Shown in pieces: positions 25,502 to 34,799 of a stretch of 64,000 nucleotides of DNA (its first letter is position 1; the number at the start of each line of letters is the position of its first letter). Position numbers and translations under genes: made by a program. Source of the stretch: Nitrospirota bacterium (GTDB lineage: Bacteria > Nitrospirota > Thermodesulfovibrionia > Thermodesulfovibrionales > JdFR-85); contig DRKX01000089.1 of assembly GCA_011051565.1 (NCBI GenBank), positions 4,808 through 68,807 on the forward strand. The letters are read 5' to 3'. The notes under the pieces are model-generated. The model worked only from the letters and a program-made list of their open reading frames with translations, ran no database searches and was not told the origin of the DNA.

Positions 25502-27079
25502 ATGAAGGTTCTCGTTAGTGACAACATCTCTCCCAAGGGTGTGGAGCTTATGAAGAAGGCCGGCATTCACGTGGATGTCAGGACCGGCCTGACCCCCGAG
25601 GAGCTGAAGTCGTGCATATCGGAGTATCACGGCCTCGTCATAAGGAGTGCCACGAAGGTGACGGCGGAGATCATAGCGGCGGCAGACAGCCTCAAGGTGA
25701 TAGGCAGGGCCGGCTCGGGTCTCGACAATGTCGACAAGGAGGCCGCCACCAAGCGCGGCATAGTGGTGATGAACACCCCGGGTGGAAACACCATAACGAC
25801 GGCCGAGCATGCCATTGCGTTGATGTTCGCGCTTGCGAGGAACATCCCGCAGGCCACCCTCTCCATGAAGGAGGGGAAGTGGGAGAAGAAGAAGTTCATG
25901 GGGGTCGAACTCTTCAACAAGACGTTAGGCATCCTCGGGCTCGGAAACATAGGTTCCCAGGTGGCGAGGCGAGCGCATGCGTTCGAGATGAACGTGATCG
26001 GATACGACCCCTTCCTGAGCGATGAAAAGGCGAGGGAACTCGGGGTGGAGAAGGTGAGCATAGACGAACTCTTCAGGCGCTCGGACTTCATAACGATCCA
26101 CACGCCGCTTACTCCTGAGACGAAGAATCTCGTCAGCCGCGACTCCATAGAGACGATGAAGGACGGGGTGTATATCATAAACTGTGCAAGGGGCGGTATC
26201 GTCAACGAGAAGGACCTCTACGACGCCATAGAGTCGGGTAAGGTCGGGGGCGCGGCGCTGGACGTCTTCGAGAAGGAACCGCCCGAGGACTTCAGCCTGA
26301 TAAGGCTCGACCGTGTCATCTGTACGCCGCACCTTGCCGCATCCACGCGGGAGGCACAGGAGAACGTGGCCATAGCCATAGCCGAGCAGGTGGTCGACTA
26401 CCTGTTGAACGGCACCATACGCAATGCCGTCAACTTCCCTTCCATCCCAGCAGACCAACTGCCGAGGCTCAGGCCCTACATCACGCTCGCCGAGGCGCTC
26501 GGCAGTTTTGCTGCACAGGTGTACGAGGGAGGTATAACCGAGGTGACCGTGGAGTTCAGGGGCGAGGCCGGTGAGATAGATACGAAACCCGTCACCATCG
26601 CCGCGCTTAAGGGGTTGCTGACGCCCATCCTGACCGAGACCGTGAACTTCGTCAATGCGCCGCTCATAGCCAGGGAGCGCGGCATTGAGGTGAGGGAGAT
26701 GAAGAGCCCGGACTCTGGTGACTTCCATAACATGCTCGTCCTCAAGGTGAAGGCCGACGGGAAGGAGAGCGCCGTCTACGGCACGCTCTACGGCAAGAAG
26801 GAGCCGCGCATAATACGCGTCGACAGCTTCCCCGTGGAGATCATTCCCGAGGGCACGATGCTCTACATACACAACAAGGACCGGCCGGGAGTGATAGGAA
26901 ACATCGGGACCCTGCTCGGCAGGAACGACATAAACATAGCCAGGATGCACTTCGGGCGCGAGTCCGCCGCGGGTATGGCCATATCGGTCGTCAGCGTGGA
27001 CGCCGAGGTGAACCCCGCGTTGCTTGATGAGATAAGGGAGCTGCCGAATATCATTTCTGTCAGGCTTATCCGATTGTAA
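25502..27079 (+). CDS. serA: D-3-phosphoglycerate dehydrogenase with C-terminal ACT domain
   Basis: Motifs are GRAGSGLDNVD, GLGNIGSQVA and the catalytic HLAAST. The 525-aa length fits the long form with ASB and ACT domains. Confidence 0.9.
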   Translation: MKVLVSDNISPKGVELMKKAGIHVDVRTGLTPEELKSCISEYHGLVIRSATKVTAEIIAAADSLKVIGRAGSGLDNVDKEAATKRGIVVMNTPGGNTITTAEHAIALMFALARNIPQATLSMKEGKWEKKKFMGVELFNKTLGILGLGNIGSQVARRAHAFEMNVIGYDPFLSDEKARELGVEKVSIDELFRRSDFITIHTPLTPETKNLVSRDSIETMKDGVYIINCARGGIVNEKDLYDAIESGKVGGAALDVFEKEPPEDFSLIRLDRVICTPHLAASTREAQENVAIAIAEQVVDYLLNGTIRNAVNFPSIPADQLPRLRPYITLAEALGSFAAQVYEGGITEVTVEFRGEAGEIDTKPVTIAALKGLLTPILTETVNFVNAPLIARERGIEVREMKSPDSGDFHNMLVLKVKADGKESAVYGTLYGKKEPRIIRVDSFPVEIIPEGTMLYIHNKDRPGVIGNIGTLLGRNDINIARMHFGRESAAGMAISVVSVDAEVNPALLDEIRELPNIISVRLIRL

Positions 27080-27081
27080 CG

Positions 27082-28365
27082 ATGACCGCCCCGATCTCAG
27101 ACCGCCCCCTGAGCCCCAGGGGGTGCATGAACCTCCTGCCCGTATACGCCGAGAAAAAGCGGGCTGTGGAGACCCTCTGTCTTGATGTCATGAGGACGTG
27201 GGGTTACAGGGAGGTTATCACCCCGATATTCGAGTATCTCGACGTGATAGCGCGCGGCGCCGGCGAGGACCTCATTGAGAGCGGTTACAAGCTGACCGAC
27301 CGGCAGAGCGGCCGCGTCATGATCCTGAGGCCCGACGTGACGCCTCAGATTGCGAGGCTGGCCGGTACGGCCCTGCGCCGGGCCCGTCCGCTGCGCCTCT
27401 CCTACTGCCTGAACGTCTTCAGATACGAGAGAGTGCACGGCGGCAGGCAGCGCGAAAGCTTTCAGCTCGGGGCCGAGCTGATAGGCGTAAGGGAGCCGGA
27501 GGGTGACGCCGAGATCATTTCACTCTTCACAGAGGTGCTCAGTTCCGCCCGCCTGAATGACTACAGGATATCCATGGGGCAGAGGGACTTCCTCAGGGGC
27601 TTCTGGGAGCAGGAGAGGCTCCTTCCCCATATCGGGACGCTCAAGTCCGTCTTCGTCCGCAAGGATGCCTCTGGCCTGCTCGACCTCCACAGGGCCGGTG
27701 TCCTTACCGGCAAGGAACTCGGACTCTTCGAGGAGATAATGTACCTCTACGGAGACGAGGGCATACTCGACAAGGCCGAGTCCCTCGTGGACAATCCCGT
27801 CTCAGAGGCCGCGCTGAGGAACCTGAGGGAGGTGTACGGGTTCATGAAGACCCACGGTGTCCACGGGAAGGTCATATTCGACCTCTCGGAGGCGAGGGGG
27901 TTCGATTATCACACAGGCGTCTTCTTCGAGGCCTTTGTCCCGGACAGGGGGCTCTTGATTGGTTGCGGCGGCAGGTATGACACTCTGGTCGGCTCCTTCG
28001 GCGAGGATTCGCCTGCTACGGGGTTCTCCATAGACCTTGGAAGCCTCATGGGTGTTTCGGCCCTGGCGGTTCCCGAGAGGACATCGGTGCTCATAGTCGA
28101 CCTTACAGCCGACAAGGCCCTCGCCCTGAGCCTGGCAAGGGAGTTGCGCAGTAAGGGGTTTGATGCAGTGAGGGACATCATAAGGAGGCCGCTCGAGAGC
28201 TCCTTCGAGTATGCGAGACTCAATGGAATCAGCTACGTGGTAAAGATAGAGGGAGCAGCGGAGGGGAGAAAACTGCTATCATTACTCTGCACGAGACCCG
28301 GCAGCGCGGCGGAAGACCCGCGCTACGAAGAGTTAAGGACGGTTGTGGAGAGTTTCGGCGGATGA
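27082..28365 (+). CDS. hisZ: HisRS-like protein, most likely ATP phosphoribosyltransferase regulatory subunit HisZ
   Basis: The class II aaRS core resembles HisS/HisZ (VFRYERVHGGRQRESFQLGAELIG, ARGFDYHTG, GGRYD). The hisZ-purA adjacency is a known conserved pair. I cannot fully exclude a genuine HisS. Confidence 0.6.
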   Translation: MTAPISDRPLSPRGCMNLLPVYAEKKRAVETLCLDVMRTWGYREVITPIFEYLDVIARGAGEDLIESGYKLTDRQSGRVMILRPDVTPQIARLAGTALRRARPLRLSYCLNVFRYERVHGGRQRESFQLGAELIGVREPEGDAEIISLFTEVLSSARLNDYRISMGQRDFLRGFWEQERLLPHIGTLKSVFVRKDASGLLDLHRAGVLTGKELGLFEEIMYLYGDEGILDKAESLVDNPVSEAALRNLREVYGFMKTHGVHGKVIFDLSEARGFDYHTGVFFEAFVPDRGLLIGCGGRYDTLVGSFGEDSPATGFSIDLGSLMGVSALAVPERTSVLIVDLTADKALALSLARELRSKGFDAVRDIIRRPLESSFEYARLNGISYVVKIEGAAEGRKLLSLLCTRPGSAAEDPRYEELRTVVESFGG

Positions 28366-29715
<1,350 letters not shown>

Positions 29716-30210
29716 ATGACCAAGAGGAGACACAAGCGTTATACAAAACGGGTCGAGACCGAATTCAGCGCTGCAGACAAGGTCTTCAAGGGCATATCAT
29801 CCGACTTCTCGGAGAAGGGGATATTCATAAGGACCAATCACGGCTTCGTCCCCGACACGGTGGTCGAGATAAGTCTGCTGCTGCCCGACGGCACCACGTC
29901 GCGGCTGAAGGGTATTGTGAGGCATACGGTGAAGAGCCAGCTCAAGATGGTGAAGAACGGCATGGGTATTGAGATCATAGAGAGTGACGACGCCTATGCG
30001 AGGTTCCTCCGGGAAGAGCTCATCGGCATGCCGCAGGACGGCCGAGACTCCGCCGGCGCACGTGATCTCCAGACTACACGGACTCCGGACGCTGAAGAAG
30101 AGGAGTACATAGTGAGGGAGTGTCGAGCCTGCGGGACGAAGAACAGGATCGCCGCCTCTAAGCTCTCCCTCGGGCCGAAGTGCGGCAGATGTGGAAGCTC
30201 CTTGACCTGA
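29716..30210 (+). CDS. PilZ-domain protein with C-terminal CxxC-x17-CxxC zinc ribbon
   Basis: The start codon directly follows the purA stop. The canonical c-di-GMP motifs are RRHKR (RxxxR) and DFSEKG (DxSxxG). The C-terminal zinc ribbon is CRACGTKNRIAASKLSLGPKCGRCG. Confidence 0.75.
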   Translation: MTKRRHKRYTKRVETEFSAADKVFKGISSDFSEKGIFIRTNHGFVPDTVVEISLLLPDGTTSRLKGIVRHTVKSQLKMVKNGMGIEIIESDDAYARFLREELIGMPQDGRDSAGARDLQTTRTPDAEEEEYIVRECRACGTKNRIAASKLSLGPKCGRCGSSLT

Positions 30211-30890
30211 TACTGCCTGCGAGGTGTCCCGCTTGCGGCAGGCCTTCGGACAGCCGTAGGCATGCACCCTTCTGCAGCGGCTGCTGGAGCTCGGTGACCC
30301 GTGCCCCGGAAGTAAAGCGGTGCACTACATGCGGTGTGGCGCTGCCCTCGGACTACTCCTTCAAGTGCCTCTCCTGCATAAAAGAGAGCCCTCACTACAG
30401 GAGGGCATACGTCTTCGGTGACTACAGCGGAACGCTGAAGGCGGCGATAAACCTCCTGAAGTTCGAAGGGCTCCGGAGACTCTCGGTCCCGCTCGGGGCC
30501 CTCCTCTGTTCCCTGCCCCTTCCCCCCGTCGACCTCATCTTGCCCGTGCCGCTCAGCAGGGAGAGGCTCGTACAGAGGGGATTCAACCAGAGCCACCTGC
30601 TCGGCCTCCGCCTTTCAAGGGGCCTCTCCGTCCCCCTCGAGCCGGCCCTGCTGATCAGGTCGAAGGATACAGTGCCGCAGAGCACCCTGTCGAGGGATGA
30701 GCGCCTGAAGAACCCCAGAGGCGCCTTCTCGGTCTCAGCATCCGCGAGGAGGAGGCTTCCGCGGCGTGTCGTCATAGTCGACGATGTGATGACGACCGGG
30801 GCCACCCTGAACGAGTGCGCGAGGGTCCTCGTACGCGAAGGGGTCGAGGAGGTCCATGCAGCCGTCCTTGCACGGACGAGGACCGAATGA
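30180..30890 (+). CDS. comF: ComF-family protein (ComFC-like phosphoribosyltransferase-fold)
   Basis: The N-terminus has Zn-finger Cys pairs (CPACG...CSGCW, CTTCG...CLSC). The PRTase motif is VVIVDDVMTTGATLNE. Confidence 0.8.
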   Translation: MRQMWKLLDLILPARCPACGRPSDSRRHAPFCSGCWSSVTRAPEVKRCTTCGVALPSDYSFKCLSCIKESPHYRRAYVFGDYSGTLKAAINLLKFEGLRRLSVPLGALLCSLPLPPVDLILPVPLSRERLVQRGFNQSHLLGLRLSRGLSVPLEPALLIRSKDTVPQSTLSRDERLKNPRGAFSVSASARRRLPRRVVIVDDVMTTGATLNECARVLVREGVEEVHAAVLARTRTE

Positions 30891-31118
30891 CGCCCCGCCT
30901 CACACGGTTGCTTGCTTTTTTTAATTGAAAAAGTTTTTAATAATTATAATTACTAAAGCGCCTGATCGTAGGGGACCTCTGCAGCCTCTGACCGAGGATT
31001 GGCAGCAACGATAATCCTTTGATACCCACGTCGTAAAAATTAAGCAGGGGGCTTGCCGCCACTGCAGCGGCGGGGTAATCATCACACTATGATGGGTTGA
31101 ACGTAGCGGGTTGCCGGG

Positions 31119-31568
31119 ATGAAAGAGAAGAAGAAGCCGAGAAAAGAGATGACCGAAGAGGAGAAGATGGCACTGCCTCTCTATCCGATAGGCATTGTGG
31201 CGGAGCTGATCGGGACCACAGACCAGACCCTCCGGCTGTACGAGAAGCACGGCCTGATCAAGCCCGCGCGCAGGAACAAGAACCGGTACTATTCCGAAAA
31301 CGACATCAAGTGGCTGAAATGCCTCAGGGAACTTATCCACATAAAGAAGATCAGCATCGAGGGGATCAAGAAGCTCCTCGAGTACGCCCCGTGCTGGGAG
31401 ATAACCGACTGTCCGGAGAAGACGAGGGACCTCTGTTCGGCCTACATCGACAAGAGCAAGCCCTGCTGGGAGCTCAACCGCATGATATGCAACAGTGAAC
31501 CGGACAGGATATGCGAGGACTGCATAGTCTATATCTCACAGGTGACGCGTAAAGATATAGGGTCCTGA
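31119..31568 (+). CDS. MerR-family (HspR-like) transcriptional regulator with Cys-rich C-terminal domain
   Basis: The HTH region is YPIGIVAELIGTTDQTLRLYEKHGLIKPARRNKNRYYSENDI. The C-terminal region is PCWEITDCPEKTRDLCSAYIDKSKPCWELNRMICNSEPDRICEDC. The start could also be the in-frame ATG at 31149. Confidence 0.75.
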   Translation: MKEKKKPRKEMTEEEKMALPLYPIGIVAELIGTTDQTLRLYEKHGLIKPARRNKNRYYSENDIKWLKCLRELIHIKKISIEGIKKLLEYAPCWEITDCPEKTRDLCSAYIDKSKPCWELNRMICNSEPDRICEDCIVYISQVTRKDIGS

Positions 31569-31886
31569 TCAGGGTTTGGCACGGTCGAAGTCTATCTTTT
31601 CGGGCTTGAAGTCAGGTGCCACGAGATATGCCTCGTCGAAATACTTCATCGCCTCCTCGTACCTGCCGAGCTCATACAGGGCGTATCCCATGAGGTAGTA
31701 TGCCGACGGTTCCGGCCTCCTCCGGAGATAGTCACCGAGCAGTTCGACCGCCTCCTTGAACCTGCCCTCCTTGTAGAGGTAGAGTGCGCGGTCGTAAGTG
31801 CCGTTGGGCTGGGCGTTCAGGATGCCCGGCGCCGTAATGAGCGACAGAGTTACGACTATGACAACGATGCGCAAGACCCTTTTCAT
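31569..31886 (-). CDS. Small secreted TPR-repeat protein
   Basis: A signal peptide (MKRVLRIVVIVVTLSLITAPGILNA) is followed by two or three TPR-like helices (ALYLYKEGRFKEAVELL, YYLMGYALYELGRYEEAMKYF). Confidence 0.5.
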   Translation of the reverse strand: MKRVLRIVVIVVTLSLITAPGILNAQPNGTYDRALYLYKEGRFKEAVELLGDYLRRRPEPSAYYLMGYALYELGRYEEAMKYFDEAYLVAPDFKPEKIDFDRAKP

Positions 31887-31904
31887 ACCGTCCTCCTTGT
31901 TCCT

Positions 31905-34238
31905 TTATTTGTCGTCACCGCTTCTGCCGAACAGACCTCTCAACAGCCTTCTCAACCTGTTCATGTACTTCCACTCTGGTTCGGTCCCCTTGATGAAATA
32001 CTCCTCGACGGCGTTTGCCGAGTCCCTGAGGACCTGCAGGCCGGTCTCTTTATCTATGTAGTATTTTACAACATTGTCCGGTTTAATGAAATCCCCTGCG
32101 CCGCTTCTTGTCACTGCCCTCATGAAACTCAGCCATATGGGAGCAGCCACCCTGCCGCCGCTCATGCCTTCACCGAGGGATACAGGGTCGTCATAGCCGA
32201 CCCATACTCCTGCAAGCAGCTCCGGCGTGTAGCCGACGAACCAGGCATCCATGAAGTTGTCCGTGGTGCCGGTCTTCCCGGCTGACGGCACTGTGAGGCC
32301 GGCGGCCCTCGTGCCCGTGCCCCTCCGGATCACGTCCTGGAGGATGGTGGTCACGAGGTATGCCACCTCTGGCGAGGTCACCCTCTTGCCCTCGGGTATG
32401 TTGAACTCGAGGATGCGCCCGTCTGAGGAGACCACCTGCTTTATGGCCACGGGATTCATTCTGATCCCCCTGTTTGCAAAGACAGTATAGCACATCGTGA
32501 GCTGCAGTGGAGAGACCGTCAGGGACCCGAGGGCGAGGCTCAGGTCGTAGGGGATGGCTCCGTCGAATCCGCACGCCTTTGCAAAGGAGACTATGTCGTC
32601 GACGCCGATCGATTCGGCGAGCCTGACGGTGGCCACGTTGAGCGAGTTTACGAGCGCCTCCCGCAGTCTCACCGGGCCGGAATACTTCCTGTTGTAATTG
32701 ACGGGGGTCCACTCTCCGCCGTCACCGGTAGGATAGCTCACGGGTTCGTCCTTTATTATGGTGGCCGGGGTCATGCCCTGTTCAAGGGCGAGTGCGTAGA
32801 CGATCGGCTTGAAGGCCGACCCAGCCTGTCTCCTTGCATTCACGGCGCGGTTGAACTGGCTTCTCCTGAAGTCGTAGCCCCCTGCCATGGCCTCTATGTA
32901 TCCTGTCGCGGGCTGCACAGCGATGAGAGCGCCCTGGACCATCGGCTCCTGCTCGAGCGACACATAGGCTATTCCGTCCGATATACTTATCAGCTTCACG
33001 AGGATCACGTCCCCTGCGGTGATGATCCTCCTGAGGTTGAAGTCCTTTATGTAATAGGAAGTCCTCTTTTCGGGATCAAAGACCTTTCTTGCCCACATGG
33101 CATCCTTGAGGCGCAGTACGGCGTAGGCGCCGTTGACCTTGAGGATGGCCCTGTCGCGGTATACCCTGAGGACCGTCGCCCTGAGCAGTTCCCCCTTCAG
33201 GGAGGCGAGCACGTCCGCCTTCGCCACAGAGCCGAGTTCCTTCTGAACGTCGAGTCCCTCGATGTGCCCGGCCACACCGCGCCAGCCCCTCTCTTTGTCC
33301 ACGGCCTCGAGTCCCTCCCTGAGCGCCCTTCTGGCCTGGATCTGGGCCCACCTCCTCAGGGTGGTGTAGACGCGGAGGCCGCCCTTGTAGACCGTCTCGG
33401 TGCCGTACTCCTCTTCGAGGTAGTTGCGCACGTAACTCAAGAAGTAGCCGTAACCCTCTTTTCTGACGCTTGCATTGAGGAGCTTCAGGCCCTTTCTTGC
33501 GGCTTCGATCCGTTCCGAGGGCCTCAGGAACCCCTCCTTCTCCATCCTCTTCAGTACGAGTTTCATGCGGTCTTCAGCCCGCTTTATGTCCTTGTATGGC
33601 GAGTAGTACGAGGGTGATTTGAGAAGCCCGGCGAGCATCGCAGCCTCGGTGAGGTCCACCTCGCTCACAGGCTTTCCGAAGTAGACCCTCGAAGCCATCT
33701 CGACACCGTAAGCGCCTTCACCGAAGTAGGCCCTGTTCAGGTACAGCTCCAGTATCTCTTCCTTCGTGAGCTCCCGCTCTATTCTCGTTGCGAGTATCGC
33801 CTCCCGGAGCTTGCGCCTGAGAGTCTTCTCGTGGGAGAGGTAGAGTATCTTGGCGAGCTGCTGTGTGATCGTGCTTCCTCCCTCCTTGAATCTCCTGTGG
33901 ATTATGTCCTTTGCGAGGGCGCGGAGGAGGGCGAAGTAGTCGAGCCCCCTGTGCTCGAAGAACCTCGAATCCTCTGTCGCGATCACAGCGTAGACGAGGT
34001 ACTGCGGGATATCGTCTATGCCCACATACCTGCCCCGCTCCATCTTGAACTCACCTATGAGCACGCCGTCGTCGGCGTAGACCTTCGTGGCCGCCGGGGG
34101 CCTGTAGGACTTCAACTGTTCAACCGAGGGCAGGTCCCTCAGGATGAAGAGATAAAAGGCCCCTGCCGACAGTGTGAACAGGATGAGGGAGAGCTTGATG
34201 GCGGTCCTTAGCTTCACGGCCCTTATATGATAACCCAA
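31905..34238 (-). CDS. mrcA: Penicillin-binding protein 1A (bifunctional glycosyltransferase/transpeptidase)
   Basis: The GT51 motif is EDSRFFEHRGLD. The transpeptidase motifs are SAFKPIVY (SxxK) and KTGTT. The start is uncertain: TTG at 34238 or GTG at 34217. Confidence 0.9.
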   Translation of the reverse strand: MGYHIRAVKLRTAIKLSLILFTLSAGAFYLFILRDLPSVEQLKSYRPPAATKVYADDGVLIGEFKMERGRYVGIDDIPQYLVYAVIATEDSRFFEHRGLDYFALLRALAKDIIHRRFKEGGSTITQQLAKILYLSHEKTLRRKLREAILATRIERELTKEEILELYLNRAYFGEGAYGVEMASRVYFGKPVSEVDLTEAAMLAGLLKSPSYYSPYKDIKRAEDRMKLVLKRMEKEGFLRPSERIEAARKGLKLLNASVRKEGYGYFLSYVRNYLEEEYGTETVYKGGLRVYTTLRRWAQIQARRALREGLEAVDKERGWRGVAGHIEGLDVQKELGSVAKADVLASLKGELLRATVLRVYRDRAILKVNGAYAVLRLKDAMWARKVFDPEKRTSYYIKDFNLRRIITAGDVILVKLISISDGIAYVSLEQEPMVQGALIAVQPATGYIEAMAGGYDFRRSQFNRAVNARRQAGSAFKPIVYALALEQGMTPATIIKDEPVSYPTGDGGEWTPVNYNRKYSGPVRLREALVNSLNVATVRLAESIGVDDIVSFAKACGFDGAIPYDLSLALGSLTVSPLQLTMCYTVFANRGIRMNPVAIKQVVSSDGRILEFNIPEGKRVTSPEVAYLVTTILQDVIRRGTGTRAAGLTVPSAGKTGTTDNFMDAWFVGYTPELLAGVWVGYDDPVSLGEGMSGGRVAAPIWLSFMRAVTRSGAGDFIKPDNVVKYYIDKETGLQVLRDSANAVEEYFIKGTEPEWKYMNRLRRLLRGLFGRSGDDK

Positions 34239-34346
34239 AATCCGCGCAAAGGTGGAGCGCCCGGCGCCTCACGGGTCTTTGAGCCGGGGCTGCTTTTACC
34301 CAAAGGCGGCGTTTCCGCACATGGCACCGAGTCTTTCGGCCTTGCG

Positions 34347-34376
34347 TTGACGAAAGAAGAGACAACCCTGTAAAAT
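34347..34376 (+). promoter_or_regulatory. Dedicated promoter of tRNA-Sec
   Basis: TTGACG (34347-34352), an 18-nt spacer, then TAAAAT (34371-34376). The first nucleotide of the tRNA lies 8 nt downstream of the -10. Confidence 0.55.
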
Positions 34377-34383
34377 CAAGCAT

Positions 34384-34481
34384 GGGAGCGGATGGGGCTC
34401 TGGTGTCCCCCTCGGACTTCAAATCCGGTGTTCCCTGCCAAAAGCGGGGAAGGTGGGTTCGATTCCCACACGCTCCCGCCA
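34384..34481 (+). tRNA. selC: tRNA-Sec (anticodon UCA), CCA encoded
   Basis: The 98-nt sequence is GGGAGCGG...CGCTCCCGCCA. The anticodon loop CUUCAAA carries UCA. The long variable arm has an 8-bp stem (TTCCCTGC / GCGGGGAA) with loop CAAAA. The T arm is GTGGG-TTCGATT-CCCAC (5 bp). The acceptor stem is extended, the discriminator is G, and the 3' end is CCA. Confidence 0.9.
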
Positions 34482-34799
34482 ATGAGACCCTCCAAAACAG
34501 TGGACTTCCAAAACATGCCGCTGCCGGCAGACTCACGGTGTGTCGACCGGTACAGACACGGTCTCTTAAAGTTTGTACATCTCCGTCCGATAAGTATCTC
34601 AGAGCGCCTTTCAGGGCGAGCAATTTTTGATGGTATTTCAAGGCAGGCTGTTCTATAATATTAATACCATGCCATGCATTTGCTCAACCGAGGCGGTGGA
34701 TGCGGCATGATCGGCGCCTGATGCACCGCCGGGAAGTCTCGCAGATTGGGGGCAGGAGGGTATTTTTTAGTGACTTGAAATGCCGGAGGGGGCACTTCA

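Noticed and set aside
30891-31118. The 228-bp region upstream of the MerR gene was considered as a small RNA gene. It contains hairpins AGGATT...AATCCT and GCCGC-cactgca-GCGGC.
   Set aside because: The stems are short (5-6 bp) with no terminator T-run. It is more simply a promoter/operator plus 5' UTR.
31564-31573. A 10-bp palindrome, CCTGATCAGG, lies at the junction of the convergent MerR and TPR genes.
   Set aside because: It is generated by the abutting stop codons (TGA/TCA) and the adjacent codons. No flanking stem or T-run supports a terminator.
34120-34641. A 173-aa minus-strand ORF spans the tRNA-Sec locus.
   Set aside because: It overlaps the tRNA and the PBP1A 5' end, and it has no RBS or recognisable domain. 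The tRNA-Sec cloverleaf explains the region.
34482-34660. A possible terminator after tRNA-Sec (gcgcctttcagggcg followed by aatttttg), with TATAAT at 34654.
   Set aside because: The stem is only about 4 bp, and no convincing -35 exists for the TATAAT. This is too weak to annotate.
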